DNA of 61,933 nucleotides, filler included. It is 6 parts of 6 records of this genome, joined end to end, with 100 filler letters (N's around TTAATTAATTAA, not from the genome) between each part and the next. Parts side by side here need not be neighbours in the genome. Positions count along the whole stretch, not along the records: positions 39,137 to 48,210 come from DRR723986_6882; positions 48,311 to 61,933 come from DRR723986_6890; 4 more parts are not named here. One strand, 5' to 3'. Positions 43,814-54,076 of this stretch are shown piece by piece. Position numbers and translations under genes: made by a program. Below the pieces are notes generated by a model. It was given only the letters and a program-made list of their open reading frames with translations, had not been told where the DNA came from and did not search any database. The first letter of the stretch is position 1, and each line of letters starts with the position of its first letter.

Positions 43814-44770
43814 ATGCAGATGAAAGTTGGGTTTATCGGGCTGGGGAATGTCGGCGGCAAACTGGCGGGATCGTTGCTGCGCAACGGGGTGGATCTTACG
43901 GTTTTTGATCTGAACGCCGATCTTGTGGCCGATTTCGCCAAACGGGGCGCGGCGACTGGGGGATCTGCGGCGCAGCTTATGCAGGATTGCGATGCGGTGA
44001 TCACCTGCCTGCCCAGCCCGGCGGCCTGTGCGGCGGTGGTGGCGGATATGCTGCCGCATGTGGGGGCGGGCAAGATCTGGATGGAAATGTCCACCACGGA
44101 TGCCGACCAGATCAAGGCCCATGCCGAAGCGGTGATTGCCGCAGGCGGCGAGGCGGTGGATTGCCCTGTGTCCGGGGGCTGTCATCGGGCCGGGACCGGC
44201 AACATCTCGATCTATGCCGGATGCACGCGGCAGACCTTTGACAAGGTGTTGCCGGTCCTGACCCACATGGGACGGCGTATTCTGCATGTGGGCGATGTGG
44301 GCACCTCAAGCACCTTAAAGGTGATGACCAACTATCTGGCAACAATGAACCTTTTGTCCCTGTGTGAGGCGCTGACGGTGATGAAAGCCGCCGGAATGGA
44401 CCTTGCCACGACCTATGAAGCGATTGCGATGTCATCCGGCACCAGCTTTGTGCATGAGACCGAAAGCCAGCTGATCCTGTCGGGGTCGCGGGATGTGAAT
44501 TTCACCATGGATCTGGTGCAAAAGGACATCGGCTTGTTTCAGAAACTGGCCGATGATCACGGGGTGCCGCTGGAGCTGTCGCCCTTGATGATCGAGATGA
44601 TGACAGACGGGCAGAGACGTTATGGAGAACGGGCGCAGTCGGACCGGATGATTGAACGTCTCGAAGAGGCGACGGGCCTGAGCGTGACCGCCCCCGGTTT
44701 CCCGCAGGAACTGGTGGATGATGAGCCCGAGGAACGCGGTTATGAGGTGAAGGTCCGGCGCGGGGCGTGA
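43814..44770 (+). CDS. 3-hydroxyisobutyrate dehydrogenase-family NAD(P)-dependent oxidoreductase
   Basis: VGFIGLGNVG, TCLP, EMSTT, DCPVSGG, LKVMTN, F...L..KD. Confidence 0.88.
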   Translation: MQMKVGFIGLGNVGGKLAGSLLRNGVDLTVFDLNADLVADFAKRGAATGGSAAQLMQDCDAVITCLPSPAACAAVVADMLPHVGAGKIWMEMSTTDADQIKAHAEAVIAAGGEAVDCPVSGGCHRAGTGNISIYAGCTRQTFDKVLPVLTHMGRRILHVGDVGTSSTLKVMTNYLATMNLLSLCEALTVMKAAGMDLATTYEAIAMSSGTSFVHETESQLILSGSRDVNFTMDLVQKDIGLFQKLADDHGVPLELSPLMIEMMTDGQRRYGERAQSDRMIERLEEATGLSVTAPGFPQELVDDEPEERGYEVKVRRGA

Positions 44771-45014
44771 TCCGGCGGACGCGGCCCTTAGGGGCCGCGA
44801 CGTGATATCTGGCGCGGGGGGCTGCGTGAGCCCATGTTTTGATAGGGTTGCGGAGGTGAGGGCGGTGGCCCGTCTTGCGCAGAGGTGCTTGAGCCGCAAG
44901 TCTGCGCTCAAGTCACCTGTGCAAGGGTGTGGACGATTCCGTTCGTCCTCAAGGACAAGCCGGGCAGGCCCGGTGCTGCGCATCCTTGACCCCGAACAGA
45001 ATCGCCGCGTTTGA

Positions 45015-46388
45015 TCAGCAGTTGGGGACGTTGACGGCCAGACCGCCCAGCGAGGTTTCCTTGTATTTCTCGGACATGTCCGCACCGGTTTGGCGCATGG
45101 TTTCGATGCAGGCATCCAGCGGCACAAGGTGGGTGCCATCGCCGCGCAGCGCAAGTGAGGCGGCGGAAACCGCCTTGATCGCGCCCAGACCGTTGCGTTC
45201 GATGCAAGGCACCTGCACCAGACCTTTGACCGGATCGCAGGTCATGCCGAGGTGATGTTCCAGTGCGATTTCTGCTGCGTTTTCAATTTGTTCGGCGGTG
45301 CCGCCCATCACGGCGCAAAGGCCAGCGGCAGACATGGCCGCGGCAGAGCCCACTTCGGCCTGACAGCCCGCTTCGGCGCCCGAGATCGAGGCGTTGAACT
45401 TGACCAGCCCGCCGATAGCTGCGGCCGTCAGCAGGAAGTCCTCGACGTGGCTTTCGGAGGCGCCCGGCACATGGTCGAGGTAGTAGCGCAGGGTCGCAGG
45501 CATCACGCCGGCCGCGCCATTGGTGGGGGCGGTCACGACCTGTCCGCCAGCGGCGTTTTCTTCGTTCACCGCCATGGCATAAACGCTCATCCAGTCATTG
45601 ATGGTGTGCGGCGCGGATTGGTTCAGCCCGCGTTCGGCGATCAGGGCGTCATGGATGCCCTTGGCGCGGCGTTTGACCGACAGACCGCCGGGCAGGATGC
45701 CTTCGGAGGAAAGGCCACGGTCGATGCAATCGTTCATCACCTGCCAAAGCCGTTTGGTGCCGGAGCGCAGATGCACTTCGCCGTTGCGGGACACTTCGTT
45801 GTCGCGCTTCATCTGGGCGATGGACTTGCCAGAGGATTTGGCCATGTCCAGCATTTCGGCAGCGGATTTGAACGGGAAAGGCACGGGCGCACCTTCGTCG
45901 GTGTCTTTGCCTGCAGCCAGTTCGGCCTCGGTCATCACAAAGCCGCCGCCGATGGAATAGAAGGTCTCGCTCAAGTTAACGTCGCCTTGGCCATCGGTCG
46001 CCATCAGCATCATGCCGTTGGCGTGGCCTTCGAGTTTGTGATCGTAGTCAAAGATCATGTCGGACTTTGGATTGAAGCGCAGCGGGGGCAACCCGTCCAC
46101 CGTGATCTCGTGGGTTTCGTTGATCTGCGCCAGCACCGCCTCAGCGCGGTCAGCGTCATAATCGCCGGGGGTGAATCCTGCGAGGCCGAGGATTGTGGCG
46201 CGGTCGGTGGCGTGGCCAACGCCCGTAAAGGCCAGCGATCCATGCAGCGAGGCCCGCAGCCCCGCAAAGTGAAACGGAGAGGCGCGCATTTGGTCGAGAA
46301 ACCGCGCGGCGGCTACCATCGGCCCCATTGTATGCGAGGATGACGGGCCGATGCCCACTTTGAACATGTCAAAAACCGAAAGAAACAT
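45015..46388 (-). CDS. sdaA: L-serine ammonia-lyase (Fe-S)
   Basis: [74 protein letters not shown]. Confidence 0.96.
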   Translation of the reverse strand: MFLSVFDMFKVGIGPSSSHTMGPMVAAARFLDQMRASPFHFAGLRASLHGSLAFTGVGHATDRATILGLAGFTPGDYDADRAEAVLAQINETHEITVDGLPPLRFNPKSDMIFDYDHKLEGHANGMMLMATDGQGDVNLSETFYSIGGGFVMTEAELAAGKDTDEGAPVPFPFKSAAEMLDMAKSSGKSIAQMKRDNEVSRNGEVHLRSGTKRLWQVMNDCIDRGLSSEGILPGGLSVKRRAKGIHDALIAERGLNQSAPHTINDWMSVYAMAVNEENAAGGQVVTAPTNGAAGVMPATLRYYLDHVPGASESHVEDFLLTAAAIGGLVKFNASISGAEAGCQAEVGSAAAMSAAGLCAVMGGTAEQIENAAEIALEHHLGMTCDPVKGLVQVPCIERNGLGAIKAVSAASLALRGDGTHLVPLDACIETMRQTGADMSEKYKETSLGGLAVNVPNC

Positions 46389-47083
46389 CAGGTTGCGGAG
46401 CCTTCTGGTGGTGTTGGGCGCCGGGGCGCGGTGAAGGGTGTATCACCCAGACCTTCGGCCTTTTGCAAGGCGGCGGTGCAGGGCAGGGTTTCGATGCGGG
46501 TGCAGAGGTCTTGCAGGGCCGGGAAATTGGCCAGAGCGAACCAGCTGCGATCAGCGTCAGTCGGGTATAGTGCAGGCCAGCGCAGCAGGGCGGCGGCATA
46601 GAAATCAAGCACGCCGGGCTGCGGTCCACTGAGCCAGTCGCCGGATTGGGCGGCAAAGCTATCGAGCGTGGCAAAGCCTTGGTGCAATTGGATCTGTAAC
46701 CCGTCGCGCAAGGCCGCTTGATGCGGCGCATCGATGTATTTCTCGGGATAGAACAGCATCCGCAGACAGGGATGCAGGGTATTGGCCGCAAAGAACAGCC
46801 ATTTGAGGAACGCGCCCCGTGCCGGATCCGTTGGTGCAGGGCCAAGCCCGCCATGGGTGTCGGCCAGCCACAGCAGGATTGCGCCGGTTTCAAACAGCGG
46901 CCCTTGCGGGGTTTCCAGTGTCGGGATCAAGCCGTTGGGATTGAGCGCACGGTAAGCCGCCGAGCTTTGCTCTTGGCTGGCGCGGTCCACCAGTTGGGTC
47001 CGGTACGGCAGCCCGCGATGATCCAGCGCCATGCGAATGATCAGGGAGGCATTGTCAGGGGCATAGTGAAGCACATAGGTCAT
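46388..47083 (-). CDS. Glutathione S-transferase family protein
   Basis: Y.ALNPNGLIPTL, LFETGAILLWLAD, GST C-domain with D.Y. Confidence 0.9.
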   Translation of the reverse strand: MTYVLHYAPDNASLIIRMALDHRGLPYRTQLVDRASQEQSSAAYRALNPNGLIPTLETPQGPLFETGAILLWLADTHGGLGPAPTDPARGAFLKWLFFAANTLHPCLRMLFYPEKYIDAPHQAALRDGLQIQLHQGFATLDSFAAQSGDWLSGPQPGVLDFYAAALLRWPALYPTDADRSWFALANFPALQDLCTRIETLPCTAALQKAEGLGDTPFTAPRRPTPPEGSAT

Positions 47084-47260
47084 GGGACCGTGTAACGCTG
47101 CTGCGGTCTGGCGTCAGGTTTGAAAACGACCACTTGCCTCTTGAATGGGTCTTGCATGGCGGCAGGAGGATCGGGGGCGCAAAAAAGACCCCGCTGCCTC
47201 TCGCCCCCGCGCTGCAATGTGCCTATAACCGCGCCAGACGTCATTTATCGGAGCTGCCCC

Positions 47261-48049
47261 ATGTCCGGAGAACTCTCGCCCATCGACAAGGCCAAATTTG
47301 TCTCGGCGAAACGTGCCGCGCAATATGTCGAAGACGGGATGCGTGTCGGGCTTGGCACCGGATCAACCGCCGCATGGCTGGTGCGTTGCCTGGGGGAGCT
47401 GGTGCGCGATGACGGGCTCAAGATCAAGGGCGTGCCGACCTCCAGCCGCACCGCGCAGCTGGCGCGGGATGTGGGCATTGAGGTGATCACGCTGGATGAG
47501 GCCAAATGGCTGGATCTGACCATTGACGGGGCTGACGAATTTGATGGTGATCTGAACCTGATCAAAGGTGGCGGGGGTGCGTTGCTTTTGGAAAAGATCA
47601 TCGCGACGGCCAGTGATCAGATGGTGGTCATCGCCGACGTTGGCAAAGAGGTTGAGACGCTGGGCGCCTTTCCTTTGCCGGTGGAGGTGATCCCATTTGG
47701 CTGGCAGACCACGCAAGCTTTGATCGAAGAAACCCTGATCAGCATGGATGTTCTGGGCCGGACTTCAACCTTGCGGATGAACGGCGAGGCGCCCTATGTC
47801 ACCGACGAGGGCAATCACATCCTCGATTTGCATCTCAACCGGATCGGCAATGCGCGGCAATTGGCGCTGGTGTTGAACCAGATGCCGGGTGTTGTGGAAA
47901 ACGGCCTGTTTATCGACATTTGTGACACAGTTGTGATCGGCTATGGGGATGGCAAGGTCGAAGTGCGCGACATAAATGAAGGCACGGTTGCAACAGAACG
48001 GCTTGATTTTGTTGAATCTGACAATTTGTTTTCGGACCTTACGGAATAG
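47261..48049 (+). CDS. rpiA: Ribose-5-phosphate isomerase A
   Basis: GLGTGSTA, DLTIDGADE, LIKGGGGALL.EKI, TDEGN.I.D, PGVVENGLF. Confidence 0.96.
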   Translation: MSGELSPIDKAKFVSAKRAAQYVEDGMRVGLGTGSTAAWLVRCLGELVRDDGLKIKGVPTSSRTAQLARDVGIEVITLDEAKWLDLTIDGADEFDGDLNLIKGGGGALLLEKIIATASDQMVVIADVGKEVETLGAFPLPVEVIPFGWQTTQALIEETLISMDVLGRTSTLRMNGEAPYVTDEGNHILDLHLNRIGNARQLALVLNQMPGVVENGLFIDICDTVVIGYGDGKVEVRDINEGTVATERLDFVESDNLFSDLTE

Positions 48050-48210
<161 letters not shown>

Positions 48211-48310
48211 NNNNNNNNNNNNNNNNNNNNNNNNNNNNNNNNNNNNNNNNNNNNTTAATTAATTAANNNNNNNNNNNNNNNNNNNNNNNNNNNNNNNNNN
48301 NNNNNNNNNN
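48211..48310. other. Artificial contig linker
   Basis: 44 N + TTAATTAATTAA + 44 N. Confidence 0.98.
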
Positions 48311-48496
48311 CAGCAGCGGATACCACTTCATCAGCTTCATGGCCGCGGAGAAAGGAATGTCGCCACCGCCAGTGCCCCAAAGGGCCAGAGCGGCGATTGC
48401 GGCAATGCCGCCGATGGCGCCGAAAACGCGCTGCCCCGTCAGGAGCATCAGCATCATCGACGAGAACATCAGGAGAGCGATCATCTCGTATGACAT
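48311..48496 (-). CDS. TRAP transporter large permease, N-terminal fragment
   Basis: MSYEMIALLMFSSMMLMLLTGQRVFGAIG...; TGATG coupling to small permease. Confidence 0.8.
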
Positions 48497-49092
48497 CAGA
48501 GCGTCTCTCCCTTGATCAGGGCGATATCCTTGATGAATTCCGAGATGGCCTGCAGCAGCATCAAAACAAATCCAATGATCATTATGAGTTTGACCGGCCA
48601 GAGATAGGGCCGCCAGGCCGTCGGGCTGCGCTCGATATAGCCGAGCTTTTCAGCTGCCGCGTCAGGACCACCGGTGATGAAGGAAACGAACAGGTCCCAC
48701 CAGAAGCTGAGCGAGTCCTTGCCGAAATAGCCAAGCGAGTACGCCGTGGAATTCAGCGCGCCATAGAGCAGCACGCCGAGATAGAACATCAGCAGCAGCA
48801 CCGTGAAGGCATCGAACCAGGCCTTCTTCTTGGTGCTCCACTCGGCATAGAACAGATCCATGCGCACATTGGAGCCGAGCTGTATGGAATAGGGCCCGCC
48901 CAGAATGTAATAGGCAACCATCGCGAACTGGGCGACTTCCAGTGTCCAGAGCGATGGATTGAAGAAGGTCTTGGAGATCGACGACCACAGAAGGATCGCC
49001 GCCATGACGAAGACCCCCCACATGATTATTTTGCCGAGACCCCGATTGAAGCCGTCGACGATGCAGATATAGATGCGGGCAGCCTTAAGCAT
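48496..49092 (-). CDS. TRAP transporter small permease (DctQ)
   Basis: Four TMs; WTLEVAQF, VRMDLFY, P.WPVK...G..L..LQ. Confidence 0.88.
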   Translation of the reverse strand: MLKAARIYICIVDGFNRGLGKIIMWGVFVMAAILLWSSISKTFFNPSLWTLEVAQFAMVAYYILGGPYSIQLGSNVRMDLFYAEWSTKKKAWFDAFTVLLLMFYLGVLLYGALNSTAYSLGYFGKDSLSFWWDLFVSFITGGPDAAAEKLGYIERSPTAWRPYLWPVKLIMIIGFVLMLLQAISEFIKDIALIKGETL

Positions 49093-49882
49093 GGGCTTCT
49101 CCCTGCGTCTGCCCGCCAACGGCTTGCGCGGCGTGCTCCAGCAGGGGCGCCAGAAGATCGCTCCACTGCGCTTCTTCTGCCGAGGTCTTCACTTCGTCGT
49201 TGCGGATTTCAATCATCAGGCAAGGCAGCTTGCGATCCTCGCCGTGCCGACGGATTGTATAATAGACACCATCGGACGGAGCGTATGGCTCGTTGTCACC
49301 AACGGTCAGGCCGGCATGTGCCTTCAAGGCTTCCAGAACCGGATCCGCAAGACGCCGGTCCCTGTCGTAGATGAGGCCGATTTCCCAGGGACGGGACTGG
49401 CCCTTGTAGACCGGCGTGAACGAATGGATGGAGACCACCGCTGTCGGCAGCCCGCGCTCGAGACGCTGGCTGATCACATTGTCGATGGCGTCGTGAAACG
49501 GCCGGTGCGCAAGGTCCAGACGGAAGGTCTTCTCATCGGCCGACAGGTCCTGGTTGCCCGCAATCTTGGTGGTTTCGCTGAGGCACGGGATCAGGTCAGG
49601 CCGGTTTTCCTCACGATTGCAGTCGATGATCAGGCGCGAGACAGTGGTATGCACCAGCGGCGCATCAAGGCTCTTGGCCAGCCCCCTGGCAACGCCGAGC
49701 GCTCCCGGGTCCCACGCGATATGCGCAATCTTGTCCGCATCGGTAATCCCGAGCGATGTATCGTAGGGGGGCGGAAAGAAGTTGGAAGCGTGATCGCAGA
49801 CAAAAACGAAAGGCCCCGCTCCCTCCGCATTTTCAACGGCGACAGCCCGAGTCATTCCTCCGGTCTGGGGATTCGAACCCAT
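49085..49882 (-). CDS. N-formylglutamate amidohydrolase family protein
   Basis: CDHASN, HIAWDPGA, SRLIIDCNR, PFH, SIHSFTP, VGDNEPY, IEIRND. Confidence 0.9.
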   Translation of the reverse strand: MGSNPQTGGMTRAVAVENAEGAGPFVFVCDHASNFFPPPYDTSLGITDADKIAHIAWDPGALGVARGLAKSLDAPLVHTTVSRLIIDCNREENRPDLIPCLSETTKIAGNQDLSADEKTFRLDLAHRPFHDAIDNVISQRLERGLPTAVVSIHSFTPVYKGQSRPWEIGLIYDRDRRLADPVLEALKAHAGLTVGDNEPYAPSDGVYYTIRRHGEDRKLPCLMIEIRNDEVKTSAEEAQWSDLLAPLLEHAAQAVGGQTQGEAHA

Positions 49883-49914
49883 TCCCTACTCCCTGAAAGA
49901 TCGGCCCTGCATTT

Positions 49915-49969
49915 TGTAATGTTTATTACAGGATTGCCGACTTAACTAACTTCTGTAATATTTGATACG
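49915..49969. promoter_or_regulatory. Tandem palindromic operator sites, likely for the RpiR regulator
   Basis: Perfect TGTAAT-GTTT-ATTACA (49915-49930) and degenerate TGTAAT-ATTT-GATACG (49954-49969) in the divergent intergenic region. Confidence 0.6.
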
Positions 49970-50030
49970 CAGATTGCAGCGGCTGTCAAATGAAATTCAG
50001 TGCCGCGGACCGTCATAAAGGCCGACGCCC

Positions 50031-50900
50031 ATGGAACGTCCTCTTCTGGAAGATATTCGCGACCGTCTGGACGAATTCACCGCCACGGAAAAGAAGGCGG
50101 CGCATGCGTTGTTGGCCAATTACCCGATGCAGGGACTGGGCACCGTCGCCCAGTTTGCAGAGGCCGCGGGGGTCAGCTCCCCCACCATCTTGCGCTTCGT
50201 CGGCCGCCTGGGTTTTCCCGGCTTCGCCGAGTTTCAGCGGAAACTCCGCGGCGAACTTGAAAGCCAGCTGAATTCGCCACTCGCCCGCAGTGCCAACATG
50301 GAAGACGACCCGGTCGGCGACCCCCATGTCAGCCAGCTACTGGAAAATGTGCGCGAGACCTTTGCCCATCTGCCGAAAGGTGAACTGACCGGCCTCGTCA
50401 AGCTGCTGTCGGACGAACGCAAGCATGTGCACCTGATCGGGGGCCGCTTTACCGACGGCCTTGCCCGTTACATGGCAGCGCATCTGCGGATCGTCCGGGC
50501 CAACGTCAATCACGTCGCCGGCCAGCAGGGCAACTGGCTGGACCAGCTCATCGGCATCGGTCCGAAGGACGTTGTCGTCGTTTTCGATATCCGGCGCTAT
50601 CAGGCTGAAATCATCCAGTTTGCCGAAGCCGCCGCCCGTCAGGGTGCCACAGTGGCCCTTGTCACCGATAGCTGGATGTCACCGGTCGGCCGCATCGCCA
50701 CCTTCGTTCTGCCTGCCCGCGTTGCGGTCCCCTCCCCTTGGGACTCCTCGCTGGCACTCATGGCGATTGCCGAAGTGCTCATCACCGGCGTCACCCGTGA
50801 GAACCAGAAGCGGGCCCAGGAGCGCATGCGCGCACTGGAGAAATTGCGCAACGACATCGACCCCTCGACAGAAGGCCGCGCCATGGGGCCGGATATCTGA
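50031..50900 (+). CDS. MurR/RpiR family transcriptional regulator
   Basis: T.TEKK.A..LL, A.AAGVSSPTILRF..RLGF.GF.EF HTH, followed by SIS domain. Confidence 0.92.
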   Translation: MERPLLEDIRDRLDEFTATEKKAAHALLANYPMQGLGTVAQFAEAAGVSSPTILRFVGRLGFPGFAEFQRKLRGELESQLNSPLARSANMEDDPVGDPHVSQLLENVRETFAHLPKGELTGLVKLLSDERKHVHLIGGRFTDGLARYMAAHLRIVRANVNHVAGQQGNWLDQLIGIGPKDVVVVFDIRRYQAEIIQFAEAAARQGATVALVTDSWMSPVGRIATFVLPARVAVPSPWDSSLALMAIAEVLITGVTRENQKRAQERMRALEKLRNDIDPSTEGRAMGPDI

Positions 50901-51107
50901 CCGGGCCGGAACCACTTGAAACCGTACACAGTCGAAGATCGGTTCGCTCGCGGTGAGCGACTCACCTATACTCGCCCCATCACGGCCTGCTGAAAGCCGA
51001 AGCGGGCCCCTGACAGAAGCTGCGCCAGCCGGTCTGGCAGGTCCCGAACCGGCAGGCCTGAACAGGGAGCGAGATCCATCGCAAGTGACGCGCCCCTAAA
51101 AGGTGCC

Positions 51108-51566
51108 GTGTTTCGGCCCGTCATCCGCTCAACACCAAGAGCCTTTATCCGCCGGGGTGACCGGCTGCTGGTGCAAGACAAGCGACACCCCGTCAAAGGC
51201 CGGTACTTCACTCTGCCCGGCGGCAAGCAGGACCCGGGCGAAACGCTCGAAGCCTGCCTGAAGCGCGAATGCGTGGAAGAAATCGGTGCCGCAATCACCG
51301 TGTCGCACCTGATGCATGTGGCGGAAGTTCATCGGCGCAAACAGGCCGCAAGAGAGTATCAGCACCAGCTCGATTTCATTTTCGCCTGCAGCGTTGCAGA
51401 AGATTACCAACCGGTATTGGGACCACGCCCGGACCCGCATCAGGTCGGGACACGCTGGATAGGTTTCGACGAAGCTCAACAGCTACGTCCGCTTTATGTC
51501 ACAAAACTGTTTTCACTTGGCTGTACGCGGGAGCCCGAAGTCTATCTCGGACCCCATAATGATTAA
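51108..51566 (+). CDS. NUDIX hydrolase
   Basis: Nudix box GGKQDPGETLEACLKRECVEEIG; stop overlaps next start by 8 nt. Confidence 0.88.
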   Translation: MFRPVIRSTPRAFIRRGDRLLVQDKRHPVKGRYFTLPGGKQDPGETLEACLKRECVEEIGAAITVSHLMHVAEVHRRKQAAREYQHQLDFIFACSVAEDYQPVLGPRPDPHQVGTRWIGFDEAQQLRPLYVTKLFSLGCTREPEVYLGPHND

Positions 51567-53193
51567 TGCCCCAAAGACCATTCGGGAAAATCTCCGTTTT
51601 CTGTGCGCGGAAATCGATGGTCAGCTCATACAGCTTGAAGCCTTCTTCAAGGAACCGACGGCAGCGACGGCACGCCGGATCATGGACCGTGCCGGATACG
51701 CCCATAACCTGAAGAGCCGGATTCTTGCGGCCTGTGTCCAGCAGATGGCCGGAGCCAGAAAGAACGATCGCAAACATCTTACCCTGCGCAGCCTGGAGTT
51801 TGTCGCCACCGATCTTCAGCGCATCGCCAACCTGGTGCGCCAATCCTTGCGCCATGCAGAGCGCATCGAAACCTTTTTAACGCTCGAACCTGAACGTTAT
51901 CCCGCGATCGTCAGTCGTGTTCGACAAGGCGTTGCCCGCATCGAGGACGCCCTTCTCAGCAGGGACAGTGAAAAGGCCATAGAGATCGGCCAGCTCCAGA
52001 ACAAGATCGAGGCTGACTACCGCAAGCTCTTCAAGGCCTACACACGCGACATGCGCAACCCGGACCGGCTGCCGGCCGACATCGCCAACAGCCTGCTGGT
52101 CGCCAGCGAATTCCAGCGCATGGGTGAATCCCTGCGGGCCATAAGCGAAGCGCTGATTTCCGCCAACATCGGACAGGCAGTCAATTTCGAACGCTATTTC
52201 GCCCTGCAAAGCCTGATGTCGGACCTGGACACGGCCAGCGACGATGTCACCATTGAAACGATTGCCGAAACCAGGTCGGGAAGCTCCATCTCCGCCATCA
52301 AGGACAAGAAGACCGAAACGGTTACGGCCGTTTTCAAGGATGGCGACAAGAGCAAGGTCAAGGAAGAGCGCCAGGGCGTGAAAAGCTGGCATTCCATCTA
52401 TCCAGGCCTTGCCCCGAAAATCCTGTCCTACCGCAAACGCGACCAGTCGGCAGCGCTCCTGATCGAACATTTGCCTGGCCTGACCTTCGAGCACATCGTC
52501 CTGAACGAAGGCGACGCCCTGCGCAACCAGGCACTTGCCAGTCTTTCCCGCACGCTGAAAGACGTCTGGAAGCAGACGCGGACCGCAGAACCGGCGGATC
52601 TTGGCAGCATGCAGCAACTTGGCAAACGCCTTGGAGACGTCCGCAGGGTTCACCCGGAATTCAAGGAAACCGGCATCCATTTCGCGGGAGAGACCCTTCC
52701 CTCGCTCGACGCCCTGATCACCGAGGCAGCCGGCCGCGAGGCAAGGGTGACCGCTCCCTTTTCCGTCTATATCCACGGCGACTTCAACGTCGACAACATC
52801 ATCTACGACCCGGGCGAGAACCGGATCCACTTTGTCGACCTGCATCGCTCCCGCTACATGGACTACGTCCAGGACGTGTCCGTGTTCATGGTCTCGAACT
52901 ACCGGCTTCAGGTACTCGACAGGGAAACACGCCGGCGGATCAGCGATGTCTCTCTCGCATTCTACAAATCCGTACGAGCCTTCGCCCGCAAACAGGGTGA
53001 CGACACGTTCGAATATCGGCTTGCCCTTGGCCTTGCCCGGTCCTTTGCCACGTCGACGCGGTTCATTCTGGACAAGTCGCATGCCCGGCGCATGTGGCTG
53101 CGTGCCCGCTACCTGATCGAACAGGCCCTTGCCTGCCCGCCTGGCGCCGAGGCCCGGTTCCGCCTGCAAATGAAGGAGATCTTCGTTGACTGA
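51559..53193 (+). CDS. PhoU-domain / APH-like (protein-kinase fold) phosphotransferase fusion, GAK-associated
   Basis: Two helical PhoU-like repeats (DLQRIANL, EFQRMGESL), then VFK..KVKEE, IHGDFNVDNII, FVDL, QD. Confidence 0.75.
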   Translation: MINAPKTIRENLRFLCAEIDGQLIQLEAFFKEPTAATARRIMDRAGYAHNLKSRILAACVQQMAGARKNDRKHLTLRSLEFVATDLQRIANLVRQSLRHAERIETFLTLEPERYPAIVSRVRQGVARIEDALLSRDSEKAIEIGQLQNKIEADYRKLFKAYTRDMRNPDRLPADIANSLLVASEFQRMGESLRAISEALISANIGQAVNFERYFALQSLMSDLDTASDDVTIETIAETRSGSSISAIKDKKTETVTAVFKDGDKSKVKEERQGVKSWHSIYPGLAPKILSYRKRDQSAALLIEHLPGLTFEHIVLNEGDALRNQALASLSRTLKDVWKQTRTAEPADLGSMQQLGKRLGDVRRVHPEFKETGIHFAGETLPSLDALITEAAGREARVTAPFSVYIHGDFNVDNIIYDPGENRIHFVDLHRSRYMDYVQDVSVFMVSNYRLQVLDRETRRRISDVSLAFYKSVRAFARKQGDDTFEYRLALGLARSFATSTRFILDKSHARRMWLRARYLIEQALACPPGAEARFRLQMKEIFVD

Positions 53194-54076
53194 CCTCAGG
53201 ATCGGCGTTGTCGGCATACCCGGCAAATGGTCGACGGAAGTTCTGGCGGACGCCCTGGAAGCACAAACAGGTTTTCGCTGCGTGGTCGACATGGCCGACG
53301 TCGTTCTGGATCTGGAAACCAGGGCGCTGATGGCTGGGCAGATCGATCTTTGCAGCCTCGACGGCATCGTGGTCAAGAAGATCAGCCAGACCTACAGCCC
53401 CGCAACGCTGGACCGGCTGGAGATGTTGCGCCTTGCCGAGGCCAGCGGCATCAAGGTCTTTTCCAGCACAAGGTCCATTCTCGGCCTGGTCAACCGGCTG
53501 AGCTGCACCGTGACGCTGGCCAATGCAGGCATTCCCATGCCAGCCACCTGCGTGAGCGAAAGCGAAGACGAAGCCCTGGGCGCCGTCCTGCGGTTCGGCA
53601 GTGCGGTGTTCAAGCCCCTGTTTTCGACAAAAGCCCGCGGCATGACGCTGATGGATGCCGCCGAGGGCGAAACAGCCCTCCGGCACAAGATTGCCGCGTT
53701 CAAGGCCGAAAATCCGGTGATGTACCTGCAAAAGAAGGTCAATCTTTCCGGCAGGGACCTCGGCATGGTTTTCCTCGGCGGGTCCTATCTCGGCACCTAT
53801 GCCCGCGTTGCCCAGACAAACAGCTGGAACACGACCATCCTTCACGGCGGCAAATACGAGCCGTTCGAACCGGATGCCGAACTGATCGAACTGGCGCGCC
53901 GCGCGCAGGAACCGTTCGATCTCGACTTCACCACCGTGGATGTCGGCCTGACGGACAGCGGACCGGTCGTGTTCGAGGTCTCGGCCTTCGGTGGTTTCAA
54001 GGGAGCTCTGGAAGGCGCCGGCATCGACGCTGCCAAGCTTTACGCCAACCATGTAATTGAAAAGGTGCGCGGATGA
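53186..54076 (+). CDS. GAK system ATP-grasp enzyme (RimK-like)
   Basis: IGVVGIPGKWSTE.LAD, GIPMP.T, VFKPLFSTKARGM, YLQK, RDL, WNTTILHGGKY, TVDV, FEVSAFGGF; TTG start. Confidence 0.85.
   Translation: MTDLRIGVVGIPGKWSTEVLADALEAQTGFRCVVDMADVVLDLETRALMAGQIDLCSLDGIVVKKISQTYSPATLDRLEMLRLAEASGIKVFSSTRSILGLVNRLSCTVTLANAGIPMPATCVSESEDEALGAVLRFGSAVFKPLFSTKARGMTLMDAAEGETALRHKIAAFKAENPVMYLQKKVNLSGRDLGMVFLGGSYLGTYARVAQTNSWNTTILHGGKYEPFEPDAELIELARRAQEPFDLDFTTVDVGLTDSGPVVFEVSAFGGFKGALEGAGIDAAKLYANHVIEKVRG

Noticed and set aside
49860-49885. GGTTCGAATCC tRNA T-loop-like motif on the minus strand
   Set aside because: T-stem pairs only 3 bp, no cloverleaf, and it is the start of the amidohydrolase CDS (MGSNPQ)
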